Assembly: GCF_036365525.1 (NCBI RefSeq)
Contig: NC_090382.1
Span: 107,542,372-107,606,371, forward strand
From: Heterodontus francisci
Lineage: Eukaryota
DNA length: 64,000 nt
Direction of reading: 5' to 3'
Shown here: positions 11,400 to 24,057 of the stretch, piece after piece
How the letters are laid out: each line of letters starts with the position of its first letter
How positions within the stretch are numbered: the first letter of the stretch is position 1
The notes under the pieces: model-generated
Database searches by the model: none
Seen by the model: only the letters and a program-made list of their open reading frames with translations
Told to the model about the DNA's origin: nothing
Translations under genes and position numbers: made by a program

Positions 11400-13670
11400 A
11401 CAAAAAGAACAACTTGGATTTATATAGCACCTTTAATTCAGCACTGTGTCCCAAGTAGCTTCACAAGAACGTCATACAACAAAATTTGACCCCGAGTCAG
11501 ATAAGGGGATACTAAGACAGGTGACCAAAAACTTGCGCAAAGAAGTTTTAAGGAATGTCTTAAAGGAGAAGAGAGAAATATACAGGCGGAGAGGGTGGGA
11601 ATTCCTGAGCTTCGGGCTCGGGCAGCTGAAGGTACAGCCACCAGTTGTAGACCACTGAAAATCAGGGATTCTCAAGAGGCCAGAATTGGAGGAGCACAGA
11701 GATCCCAGAGGATGGTAGGGCTGGAGAAGATTACAGAGATTGGGAGGGAGCGAGGCCATGGAGGGATTTGAAAACAAGGTTAAGAATTTTATTTTTTTAA
11801 ATTTATTTTTATTGATAAATACAGCACTGAGAGAGACCCTTCGGCCCACCAAGTCTGTGCCGACCAACAACCACCCCATTATACTAATCCTACATTAACC
11901 CCATATTCCTCATTACAGCCTTGGTTCAAACATGGACAAAAGAGCTGAACTCAAGAGGTGAGGTGAGAGTGACTGCCCTTGACATCAAGGCAGCATTTGA
12001 CCGAGTATGGCATCAAGGAGCCCTAGCAAAACTGAGGTCAATGGGAATCAGGGGGAAAACCCTCCGCTGGCTGGAGTCATACCTAGCGCAAAGGAAGATG
12101 GTTGTGGTTGTTGGAGGTCAATCATCTGAGCTCCAGGACATCACTGCAGGAGTTCTTCAGGGTAGTGTCCTAGGCCCAACCATCTTCAGCTGCTTCATCA
12201 ATGACCTTCCTTTAATCAAATGGTCAGAAGTGGGGATGTTCGCTAATGATTGCACGATGTTCAGCACCATTCGTGACTCCTCAGATATTGAAGCAGTCCG
12301 TGTAGAAATGCAGCAAGACCTGGACAATATCCAGGCTTGGGCTGATAAGTGGCAAGTAACATTTGCACCACACAAGTGCCAGGCAATGACCATCTCCAAC
12401 AAGAGAGAATCTAACCATCTCCCCTTGACATTCAACGGCATTACCATCGCTGAATCCCCCACTATCAACATCCTGGGGGCTACCATTGACCAGAAACTGA
12501 ACTGGAGTAGCCATATAAATACCGTGGCTACAAGAGCAGGTCAGAGGCTAGGAATCCTGTGGCGAGTAACTCACCTCCTGACTCCCCAAAGCCTGTCCAC
12601 CATCTAGAAGGCACAAGTCAGGAGTGTGATGGAATACTCTCCACTTGCCTGGATGGGTGCAGCTCCAACAACACTCAAGAAGCTCGACACCATCCAGGAC
12701 AAAGCAGCCCGCTTGATTGGCACACCATCCACAAACATTCACTCCCTCCACCACCGACGCACAGTAGCAGCAGTGTGTACCATCTACAAGATGCACTGCA
12801 GCAATGCACCAAGGCTCCTTAGACAGCACCTTCCAAACCCGTGACCTCTACCAACTAGAAAGACAAGGGCAGTAAATACATGGGAACATCACCACCTGCA
12901 AGTTCCCCTCCAAGTCACACACCATCCTGACTTGGAACTATATCGCCGTTCCTTCACTGTCGCTGGGTCAAAATCCTGGAACTCCCTTCCTAACAGCACT
13001 GTGGGTGTACCTACCCCAAATGGACTGCAGCAGTTCAAGAAGGCAGCTCACCACCACCTTCTCAAGAGCAATTAGGGATGGGCAATAAATGCTGGCATAG
13101 CCAGTGACGCCCACATCCCAAGAAAGAATAAAAAAAGAATTCCCTACCACATCTCCACCATTCACCTAAATCAAGATGTTGCTTGACCGGGAGCCAATGT
13201 AGGTCAGTGAGCACAGGGATGATGGGTGAATGGGACTTGGTGCGAGTTAGGACATGGGCAACAGAGGTTTGGATGACCTTGAGTTTATGGAGGGTGGAAT
13301 GTGGGAGACCAGTTAGGAGTGCATTGGAATAGTCAAGTCTGGAGGTAACAAAGACATGAATGAGGATTTCAGCAGCAGAAGAGCTGAGGCATTGGGCAAT
13401 GTTACAGAGGTGAAAATAGGCAGCCTTGGTGATTGCGGATTATATGGTTAAAAACACAACTCAGGATCAGATAGGGTGTCAAGATTGCAAATAGTCTGGT
13501 TCAGCCTCAGACAGTTGCCAGGGAGAGGGAGTTGGTGGCTCGGAAATGGAGTTTGTGGCGAGACTGAAGACGGCCTTCCCAATATATAATTGGAGGAAAT
13601 TTCTGCTCATCCAGTACTGGATGTTAGACTAGCAGTGCGATAGTGCGATAGAGCTGGGTGTCTTCAGTTT
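11400..13670 (-). mobile_element. L2 fragment interrupted by a truncated HE1 SINE, itself interrupted by a LINE
   Basis: L2 breaks at about 11790 and resumes at about 13168; HE1 tail 11791-11910 resumes at 13139. Confidence 0.75.
11911..13138 (+). mobile_element. 5'-truncated CR1/L2-group LINE, family B, copy 2
   Basis: ALDIKAAFDRVWH, GVLQGSVLGP, MFANDC; AATAAA plus A tail; short attcc duplication at the junctions. Confidence 0.92.
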
Positions 13671-13711
13671 ACATGTGGAATGTTGGCTTTGCTTCTGTCA
13701 CCTGATGCCAT

Positions 13712-13774
13712 AAAACAGAGTATCAGCCAGAGACCTCTACCCGGCAACTAGTGAGTCACACAACAGCCAATCAG
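13712..13774 (+). promoter_or_regulatory. S-X-X2-Y-like module M4
   Basis: AAAAC-N16-ACCT-N7-GCAAC(13744)-TAG-TGAGTCA-N8-CCAATCAG. Confidence 0.72.
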
Positions 13775-14676
13775 TATTTTGATTTTATTCATTTGACTGG
13801 ATTTGTGTTCCTTTGATGATGGTGCCATCTGGCTGTAGCTGCAGCCATAGCAAAAACAACAACAACTTGGATTTATGTAGCACCTTTAACACAGTAATGT
13901 GCCCCAAGCCGTTTCACAAGAACGTAATAAAACAAAATATGATACCGAGTGAGATGAGGAGATATTAGGGCAGGTGATCAAAGCTTGTTCAAAGAAATAG
14001 GTTTTAAGGAGCATCTTAAAGGAGGAGAAGGAGGAACAGAGGTGGAGAGGTTTAGGGAGGGAATTCCAGAGCTTTATACCTCAGGCAGCTGAAAGCACAG
14101 CCGCCAATGGTGGAGCAATTAAAATCAGGGTTACTCAAGAGGCCAGAATTTGGAGGAGCACAGATATCAAGGGGGTTGTCAGGCTGGAGGAGGTTACAGA
14201 GATAGGGAGGGGTGAGGCCATGGAGGGATTTGAAAACAAGGATGTGAATTTTAAAATTGAGGCATTGCTAGACTGGGAGCCAACATGGATCATCAAGCAT
14301 GGGGATGCGGAGCGAATGGGACTTGGTGCGAGTTGGGACATGGGCAGCAGAGTTTTGGATGATCTCAAGTTTATGAAGGGTTGAAGATGGGAAACCGATC
14401 AGGGGAACATTGATTAAAGTAAGGTGTTTATTAAAGCTTATTACCAATCTGTTGAACTAACTCTCTACTCTGGATAACTCCCAACATCTCTATATGCTAC
14501 CTGAATGTGTCAAGATACTTCTGAGCATTTGACACTTCAATCACTTTTCAGCAATAGTAAATGACTTGCATTTATATAGCACCTTTCACCACCTTAGGAT
14601 GTCCCAAAGCACTTTACAATTAATTACTTTTGAAGTATAGTCACTGTTGAAATGTAGGAAATGCAGCAGCCAATAT

Positions 14677-15575
14677 TGTCATGCAGGCTCCCACCTGCCA
14701 AGAATAAGGCACATTGCTTTTGCCATATAAACATTGATTTTGAACTGTTGCTGGAGCAGGGAAATGACTTGTTGAACAGATCAGCTGTGGCTGGATAAAA
14801 TATTAGCATACTAACATGACGGTACTGGTGTGGACAAAGGACCACTCCCTGACATTCAACCCACAATGGATGTTGATCACCGGATAGTGAGGGGGTGGGG
14901 AAGCACATTCCAGGGCCTGCTGGGGTGATGTAATCCACAGGAGCCAGGACTGGTTGGACCAGCTGGTCACGTGACTAACTGGCTGTTCCAGAGTTTTTTG
15001 AACTAGCCACAGCGTGTTTGGTCAAATAAAGAATGTTTGCTCCTGGACAGAGAAGACCTCCCCTGTCTGCTCCCATCTCTTTCTCACAAGCCTCTGAATT
15101 CACTGAAGACACATGAACCCCAAGAGAGAAAAGTCTCCTACAGTGAATAAGGTTTAAGAAGAATACTGGGCCCCAACGAAAAGCAAGATCTACCTACAAT
15201 CAAGGGCTCTACAGTGAGCTCAAAGAACCATTACAAAAACTCTTCAGATATTGCCTCAAACTTTTCCACTTTAGTTTTTTCCTCTGTTCTTTTCTGTCTC
15301 TATTTGCACGTGTATATCGCGTATGCATGCTAGTGTGGGTGCACCATGTAGGCGTCAACCGAATTAGAGTTTAAGTTGAAGTTGAATAAATTTCAACTTT
15401 TCTTCTTTAAACCTAAGAAAGCTTGTTTGTGCTGGTTTCTTTGCCTTATAATTGGAAAACAGTGAACAAGGATTCACCAAGGCGGAGCTAAAAACACGGT
15501 GTGTTTAAAAATTAAACCCAGTTACGGTGAAGGCTGAAAGGGAACCCTAGACACCTTTCTCACCTGGTCGTAACA
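14677..15575 (+). mobile_element. Solo Gypsy LTR (same family as 16786-25769, opposite orientation)
   Basis: TG...CA ends; 4-bp TSD ATAT (14673-14676 / 15576-15579); host SINE rejoins cleanly; internal AATAAA. Confidence 0.9.
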
Positions 15576-15851
15576 ATATGCACACAGCAAGATCCCACAA
15601 TTAGCAATGTGATAATGACCAGATAATCGAGTTTTAGTGATATTGGTTGAAGGATAAATATTGGATGCAGGACACACCGGGGATAATCCCCTCCTCTTTC
15701 TTCGAAATAGGGGCAAGGGATCTTTTACATATAATGTCTCAACCGAAAGATGGCACCTCTGGGGCAGTGCAGCCCTCCCTCAGTACTGCACTGGGATATC
15801 TAGGGAATGGGACTTAAAATAACAGAAGGAGCTTTGTTTACCACCTTCTGC

Positions 15852-15914
15852 AAAACACAATCTCAACCGGAGACCTCTCCCTGGCAACTGTTGAGTCACA
15901 CAGGAACCAATCAG
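15852..15914 (+). promoter_or_regulatory. S-X-X2-Y-like module M5
   Basis: AAAAC-N16-ACCT-N7-GCAAC(15884)-TGT-TGAGTCA-N8-CCAATCAG. Confidence 0.7.
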
Positions 15915-17346
15915 CGTTTATCATTTGGATTAGCAGCATTGCAGATGGCGCCTCAACTCTCAGAGCTTCATTTCACTCCCCCTCTCTGCGTGTGTTTCCT
16001 AAATCCGGGGCATGTCTAAATGTTTATCATGTGTCTAAAACACGGCATTTCTCCAATCAACCTTAATTGTACTTTCTGCTCCATTATCTGTCTGCTTTTC
16101 TATATTCCAGCTGTGTGTCTCTATATGTATAAGTGCCTCTGCGTCCTCTGCTGGCAGTGATTATTGTAGCATAGAAACAATTACCATAAAATCCAGACTG
16201 TGGCACGCACCTTCACATATAAGTCAGCCACTCATTTTCATTGGGGTGTTATGTAACTCCAAGGGTCGGTACAGCATGTATCACAGTACTGAGCCAGAGT
16301 TATAGATTTAATCTATAATCATAGAATCACCCAGCAAATGAGGCCATTCAGCCCATCATGTCATCTTTGGAAAGTCTATCCAATTCGTCTCACTTCCCTG
16401 CTCTTTCCCCATGGCACTGCCAGTTTCTCTCTCTCTATATATCCAAGTATAATCTGTATTGAAGTAACCCTAAAGGGCCTTTAACAGAGTAAAGTGTCCC
16501 AAGACGCTTCATAGCAGTGTAATCAAGGTCAAAAGCTGATGCCAAGCTGGAGGAGATAGTAGGTCAAAAACTTGGTCAAAGCGATTGATTTTAAGGATGA
16601 AGGAGAGGCGGTGAGGTTTAGGGAATGAATTCCAGAGCTGAGGACTTGGGTGGCTAAAGGCACAGCTGCAAATGAAGGGGTGGTAGTAATATGAAAGACT
16701 TGCATTTCTATAGCACCTTTTGCGACTTCAGGATGTCCCCAAGAACTTTACAGCTGATGAACTACTTTTGAAGTGTAGTCACTGTTGTCATGACCAGGTG
16801 AGAAAGAAGTCTAGGGTTCCCTTTCAACCTTCACCTGGTCTTACTGTAACAGGATTTAATTTTAATTTTAGCTCCCCCTTGGTGAATCCTTGTTCACCAC
16901 TTTCCAATTTTCAGGCAAAGAAACCAGCACAAACAGGCTTTCTTAGGTTTAAAGAAGAAAAGTTCAAATTTATTAAACTTAAACTCTAATTCAGTTGATG
17001 CCTACGGATACACAATGCACCCACGCTAGTATGCATATGTGATACACATGCAAATAGAGACAGAAAAGAGCTGAAGAAAAATAAAGTGGAAAGGTGTGAG
17101 GCAATATCTGAGGAGTTTTTGTTACGGTTCTTCGAGCACACTGTAGAATCCTTGATTGTAGGTAGATCTTGCTTTTCGTTGGGGCCCAGTATTCTTCTTA
17201 AACCTTGTTCGCTGTCGGAGACTTTTCTCTTTTGGGGTTCATGTGTCTTCAGTGGATTCAGAGGCTTGTGAGAAAGAGATGGGAGCAGACAGGAGAGAGA
17301 TCTCAGTCCAGGAGCAAACAGACACTCTCCCCAAACTGTTTGTACA

Positions 17347-20300
17347 GGTGAGACCCAAAGTAGTAGTCTCTCAGATGAGATAGTTGAGGCAAATGTAGAG
17401 GTTAAAGCAAGCAAGTCCAGTTGACAGGCCGAGCAGGGGCAGGACAGGGAGCGTGGAAGGTCTGGTAGGCTAAACTGCATTTACTTTAATGCAAGAAGCC
17501 TTACAGGTAAGGCAGATGAACTCAGAGCATGGATCGGTACATGGGATTGTGATATTATAGCTATTACGGAAACGTGGTTGAGGGATGGACAGGACTGGCA
17601 GCTCAATGTTCCGGGGTACTGATCTTTCCAGCGTGACAGAGGTGGAGGTAAGAGAGGAGGGGGAGTTGCACTATTGATTAGGAAGGACATCACAGCAGTA
17701 CTTAGAGAGGATATCCTGGGGGGGAATGTCCAGCGTGGCCAAATAGGTAGAACTTAGAAATAAGAAAGGGGTGATGACTTTGATGAGATTATACTATAGG
17801 CCCCCCAATAGTCAGAGGGAAGTGGAGGAGCATATATGTAGGGAAATCACAGATAGGTTTAGGAATTATAGGGTTGTAATAGTAGGTGATTTTAACTTCC
17901 CTGATATTGACTGGGACTCCCTTAGTGTTAAGGGATCAGATGGGGAAGAATTTGTTAAGTGTGTCCAGGATAGTTTTCTAAATCAGTATGTGGATGGCCC
18001 TACTAGAGAAGGGGCTACACTCGACCTCCTCTTAGGAAATGAGGCTGGGCAGGTGGTTGATGTGTCAGTGGGGGAGTACTTTGGGACCAGTGGGCATAAC
18101 TCTATTAGCTTCAAGATAGTTATGGAAAAGGATGGGATTGGTCCTCAGGTTGAAGTCTTATATTGGGGGAAGGCTAATTTCGATGGCATCAGACAGGAAC
18201 TCTCAAAAGTTGAGTGGGAGAGGCTATTTACAGGTAAAGGGACGTCTGGCAAGTGGAAGGCTTTTAAAAGTGATATAGGAAGAGTTCAGGGCCAGCATGT
18301 TCCTGTTAGATGGAAGGGCAAGGCTGGCAAGTTTAGGGAACCTTGGTTGACGAGGGATATTGAGGGTCTGGTCAGGACAAAGAAGGAGGCATATGTCAGG
18401 TATAGGCAGCTGGGATCAAGCGAGTCCCTCGAGGAGTATAGGGGATGTAGGACTATACTTAAGAAGGAAATTAGGAGGGCGAAAAAGGGCCATGAGATTT
18501 CCCTGGCAGATAAGATAAACGAGCATCCTAAAAGATTCTTTCAGTATATTAAGAGTAAAAGGGTAGCTGGGGAGAGAGTAGGTCCCCTTAAGGATCAGTG
18601 TGGCAATCCATGTGTGGAGCCACGGGAAATGGACGAGGTCTTAAATGAATATTTCTCGCCCGTATTTACCGTGGAGAAGGTCATGGAAGCTAGTGAGTTC
18701 AAGGGAGGGAACACTGATATCCTGGAGCAAATCAACATTACAAAGGAGGAAGTGTTGGAGGTTTTGAAGCGCATTAAGGTGGATAAATCCCCAGGGCCTG
18801 ACCAGGTGTATACTAGGATGCTATGGGAAGCAAGGGAGGAGATTGCTAGGGCCCTGGCAGATATTTTTCTATCATCGTTAGCCACGGGTGAGGTACCGGA
18901 AGACTGGAGGATAGCTAATGTTGTTCCTTTATTTAAGAAGGGCAGCAGGGATAAGCCAGGGAACTACAGGCCAGTGAGCCTTACATCAGTGGTGGGAACG
19001 TTATTGGAAGGGATTCTGAGAGACAGGATTTATATGCATCTGGAAAGGCATGGTCTGATTAGGGATAATCAGCATGGCTTTGTGCGTGGGAAATCATGTC
19101 TCACGAATTTGATTGAGTTTTTCGAGGAGGTAACCAAGAGGATTGACGAGGGCAGGGAGATGGACGTTGTCTACATGGACTTTAGCAAGGCCTTTGACCA
19201 GGTCCCGCATGGTAGGCTGGTCCAGAAGGTTCGAACACATGGGATCCAGGGTGAGCTAGCAAATTGGATGCAAAATTGGCTTGGTGATAGGAGGCAGAGG
19301 GTGGTAGTGGAGGGTTGTTTTTCAGATTGGAGGCCGGTGACCGGTGGTGTGCCGCAGGGATCGGTGCTGGGCGCTCTGTTGTTTGTCATATATGTTAATG
19401 ACTTGGATGTGAATGTAGGAGGCATGATTAGTAAGTTCACAGAGGACACCAAAATTGGTGGTATAGTGGACAGTAAAGAAGGTTGTCTAAGGTTACAACA
19501 GGATAAAGATCAACTGGGAAAGTGGGCAAGGGAGTGGCAAATGGAATTTAATGCAGGCAAGTGTGAAGTGATGCATTTTGGGAAGTTAAACCAGGGCAGG
19601 ACATATACAGTGAATGGCAGGGCACTGGGGAGTGTTGTCGAGCAGAGAGACCTTGGGGTGCAAGTACATAGTTCCCTGAAAGTGGCAACACAGGTAGACA
19701 GGGTGGTGAAGAAGACGTATGGCATGCTTGCCTTCATCGGCCGAGGCATTGAGTACAAGAGTTGGGACGTCATGTTACAGTTGTACATAACGTTGGTTAG
19801 GCCGCATTTGAAGTACTGTGTGACGTTCTGGTCACCCCACTACAGGAAAAATGTGATTAAGCTGGACAGGGTGCAGAAAAGATTCACAAGGATGTTCCGA
19901 AGAAGGGTCACTGACCAGAAACGTTAACTCTGCCTCTCTTTCCACAGATGCTGCCAGACCTGCTGCGTGATTCCAGCATTTTTTGTTTTTGTTTCAGATT
20001 TCCAGCATCCGCAGTATTTTGCTTTTATTCACAAGGATGTTGCCTGGTTTAGAGGGCTTGAGTTATAAAGAGAGATTGGATAGGCTGGGTCTGTTTTCCC
20101 TGGAGCGAAGGAGGCTGAGAGGGGACATGATAGAGGTATCTAAAATTATGGGAGGCATAGATAGGGTAGATAGCCAGATTCTGTTTCCCATGGTAGGGTT
20201 GAGTAAAACTAGAGGGCATAGATTTAAGGTGAGAGGGAGGAGGTTTAAAGGGGATCAAAGGGGTAAATTTTTCACACAAAGAATAGTGGGTATCTCGAAT

Positions 20301-20498
20301 GAGTTGCCTGAGGAGGTGGTGGAGGCAAGAACAATAGCGACATTTAAGAGGCATCTGGACAGGTACTTGAATGAGCAAGGCATTGAGGGATATGGAATTA
20401 ATGCAGGCAGGTGGGATTAGTATAGATAGGCATTATGGTCGGCATGGACGCGGTGGGCTGAAGGGCCTTTTTCTATGCTGTACGACTCTATGACTCTA
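17347..20498 (+). mobile_element. CR1 LINE with nearly complete ORF2 (APE + RT), inserted in the 3' LTR
   Basis: LNCIYFNARSL at about 17470, VGDFNFP, 718-aa ORF 17771-19927; catalytic FADD changed to FTED; (gactctat)n tail; inactive. Confidence 0.95.
19897..20026 (+). mobile_element. 130-bp Penelope-like terminal fragment with 15-bp TSD
   Basis: TSD ATTCACAAGGATGTT (19882-19896 / 20027-20041); begins with a degenerate hammerhead core ccgaagaagggtc..gacc.gaaacgtt. Confidence 0.75.
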
Positions 20499-21540
20499 AG
20501 TTCAAAAAACTCAGGTTGCCCAGCAGGTTAGTCATGTGACTAGTTGGTTTGGCCATGTCCGTTTGTGTATTCGGCCATCTTAGCAATCAACCTGGAATGC
20601 AAGCTGCCCCACTTTCAACGTATATTGATCAAAAGTCCATTGTGGGTTGAACGTCAGGGAATGGCTGCTTTGTCCTTCCAAATACTGTCTGTTAATATGC
20701 AAATGTCTTTTCCAGCCACGGCTGATCTGTTTAACAAGTCCTCTCCTCACTTCAGTAACAGTTCAAAATCAACGTTCATGACAAGTTTAATGTGACTCAT
20801 TCTTGGCAGGTGGGGGCCTTACACGACATCTCCATTCGCCAGCGGAATAAAATGTGACTTGAGAAAAGGCGCATTTCATTAAAAGGGTGGAGAAAAATGT
20901 AAGATACAGAAAAAATCATGCATTGCTCTCATTCATTCCTAAATCTTAAAACTGATTACAGCCTGTCTTCTCTTGGTGCCAGTGCTGCATTATTGCTCCC
21001 TTTTTGGCATCCCAATAAACATGTGGTTCTTTTTTTTTGGAAGTTTCTCTTCGTTTTAACCATTTCCATGGCTGCCTAGTGTCTTTCTTCCTGCTGAGGT
21101 AATTTTTTTTTAAAGAGTAAGTAGTGGGAGGGTCTACCCTGAACTCTCTTTCAGTGCTTTGCTGAGTCATGCAAAGGCTTTTGACTTCACTTTTTATCTG
21201 ACTGTGGAGGAGGATTCTTTGCTAATCTCCCCTTTGTCCCAGAGGACACTCCTGCCTGCAGGTATTTGTGCAGACCCTACTGCACTCCCCTGTGGCACTT
21301 TGACTAGGTGTGATATCACCCTCACGGTTTCTCTGTCCACTAGAGGTCTTTCTTTGTCTCTATAGGTTCCTGTAAATGCTGTTAGCAACTCTGGTTTGGT
21401 GCTTCTCATGTCTGCATTTATGTAGGAGGATGTGGGGTCTAATTTTTCACATTTTTCAGGGTTGGCTGACTGGACAGCATGGGTTTTCATCCGGGATTCC
21501 TCCCAGACTTCCTTTAACCTGCCCTCTTGGTCACTTTCCA

Positions 21541-22675
21541 GCAGTCAGCTTTTAAATGCCCTGCTTTATTACAATGGAAGCACACAGGTCTCCGGTCTCA
21601 CTCTTGCTCACAGCACCTTCATTTTTGGTTAGAGGGGGGCCCCAGTGTCTCCTGCTTTCCTTTTTCTCCCAGGACTGCTTGGACTCCTATCACCTTCCCA
21701 CCTTTGTCCCTTTCGGATTTGTGGAGTTGATCAGGAAAGGTTCTCCCCTGGGAAACCGACTTATAAATTAAAGCAAACTCATCGGCCAGGACGGCCGCTT
21801 GCCAGGCTCTCTGGACCCGCTTTATGGAGAGTGGGACATGGGTCTTTATGGAGAGTGGGAGAGAGTGTTTAACTTCCTCTAACAGAATTACTTCTCTGAG
21901 ACTCTCATAGCTGAGCTGCACTTTAAGAGCCCTCAGCCACTGGTCAAAAGCCAGTTGTTTACTTTTTTCAAACTCCAGATAAGTTTGATTAGCTTGCTTC
22001 TTGAGGGTTCTAAACTTTTGGCGATAGGCTTCAGATACTAATTCATATGCCCCAAGGATAGCATTTTTGGTCAGTTCATAATTTGATGAACTCTCATCTG
22101 GCAACAGGGAATAAACTTCATGGGCTTTTCCAGTTAGCTTGCCTTGTAATAAAAGAGGCCACGTCTCAGCTGGCCATTTTAGCTGCCTTGCCGCTTTCTC
22201 AAAGACACAAAAGAATTTCTACATCCTCCTCATTGAATTTTGGAATTAGTTGAGCTAGTTTTAACAATTTTGTATTCAGCTCTGAATTGTGCTCTCCATA
22301 TTGGCCATGCTTTCACTGGGGTTATTCTGTTTCCCCCTAGTTAACTCAAGCCGCTTCAATTCTCTCTCTTCGCGTGCCTTCTGGAATATTCTTTCTCTCC
22401 CCCTCTTCTCAAATTCAAGTTTCCTCTAGTTCCAATTGTATCTTTGCTAACAATACCCTGTCTGGGTCTGCTTCGAACCCTGTTTTTGCTTCTTCAGATT
22501 CAAGGGAAAAATGGTTGACCACTAGCCTTAGAAGTTCAGATTTCCTAGCCTTGCCACGTACAGTGATCCCACACTGCTCAGCCATTTTTCTCAACTCCTC
22601 CACAGACAGTACTTTTAACTTATCCCAAGTTACTTCACCCTGGCTTGGGGAGCTGCTAACTTCCGTCGCAAACAT
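21541..22675 (-). pseudogene. Degraded Gypsy gag (capsid/SCAN-like region plus CCHC knuckle)
   Basis: AILGAYELVSEAYRQKFR..LREVILLEE..AAVLADEF; CFHCNKAGHLKADC (CX2CX4HX4C) at 21541-21582; frameshifts. Confidence 0.85.
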
Positions 22676-23264
22676 GTTATTATTCTAGCACACACAACCA
22701 CAAGAAAACCTGTACTGAAATCTTGCTCTATTTGATTGGGAACAATTTGGCTTCCCACTTCCAATTTCTCTCGTTTGTCTGGGGTAAAATTCCAGATGCT
22801 GGCACCCAAATTTCTATTACGACCAGGTGAGAAAGAGGTCGAGGGTTCCCTTTCAACCTTCACCCGGTCTTACAGCAACAGGGCTTAATTTTAAACACAT
22901 TGTGTTTTTAGCTCCCCCTCAGTGAATACTTGTTCACCACTTTCCAATTATAAGGCAAAGAAACTAGCACAAACAGACTTTCTTAGGTTTAAAGAAGAAA
23001 GGTTGAAATTTATTAAACTTAAACTATAATTCAGGTGACGCCTACGGATACATGCTAGTATGCATATGTGATACACACATGCAAATAGAGACAGAAAAGA
23101 ACAGAAGAAAAATAAAGTGGAAAGGTTTGAGGCAATATCTGAGGAGTTTTTGTTACGATTCTTTGAACTCACTGTAGAGTCCTTGATTGTAGGTAGATCT
23201 TGCTTTTCGCTGGGGCCCAGTATTCTTCTTAAACCTTGTTCACTGTTGGAGACTTTTCTCTCTT

Positions 23265-24057
23265 CAAAGTGATTCCTGACAACGCAGCCGGCCGCTGATG
23301 TCATCAGGCTGCGCCAAAATGCTCACATGCATAGATGGGCTCCTGCTCTCTGCGTGTGCATTGCGTTCTGACTTGCCAGGACTGGCTAGCGCATACGCTG
23401 ACAACGTCATCACCTAACGTGTAGAACTTCGTGCAACGTGCCTGGTAGGCTCCGCTCCCCCCCACCCCACCCCACCGCTTTCTCCAGCCGCTCTGCTCCC
23501 CCCCTAACCCCGCCACTCTCCCCCTCCCCGCCGCTCTCTTCGGCCACTCTGCTACCCCCCCCCCCACCCCGCCGCTCTCCCCCGCCCGCCACCCGCTGTC
23601 TCTCCCCCCACCACCCGCTCTCTCCCCCCCGCCATCTGCTCTCCCCCGCCCGCCACCCGCTGTCTCTCCCCCCGCCACCCGCTCTCTCCGTCATCCCTCC
23701 AGACGCTAGCTCGAAGCAGCGCCGCTTCCCTCCTCTCTGCCACATGCTCCTACATCGCCTTGCTTCTTACGGCGGCGCGGTGCGGGAAGGAAGGAGGGGG
23801 CAGGGAGTGAGTGGCCAGAGCGGAATGACACTGAAAACAATTAGAATTGTGCAGCACTGTCAGAGGTGCTGTACTTTCGATTTCCATTGCGTGCTGCCAT
23901 AGGTTTACTTTGTCATTCTGTGATTATTTGAGCAGCGCCATCTTTAGCCCTGGCAGCTGCCTTAACGTCACAGACTGACGTTTCAGTGGAACAGCCTGCA
24001 TTTGCGCATGTGCCAGTACAGCGCTACTAGTGGTTGCGTTGTCAGAAAATGCAGCCT
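23265..24057. mobile_element. Non-autonomous DNA transposon (MITE, probably hAT)
   Basis: 8-9 bp TSD (T)TCTCTCTT (23257-23264 / 24058-24065); inverted repeats TTCCTGACAACGCAGCC / GGTTGCGTTGTCAGAAA; C-rich repeat core at 23450-23690. Confidence 0.75.

Noticed and set aside
17771-19927. 718-aa ORF as an active or domesticated protein
   Set aside because: CR1 ORF2 with an upstream stop and frameshift, an FTED catalytic change and a 3' insertion.
23304-23902. Gly/Pro-rich ORFs and an apparent CpG island
   Set aside because: Low-complexity core of a TSD-flanked MITE inside an LTR; not a host promoter or gene.
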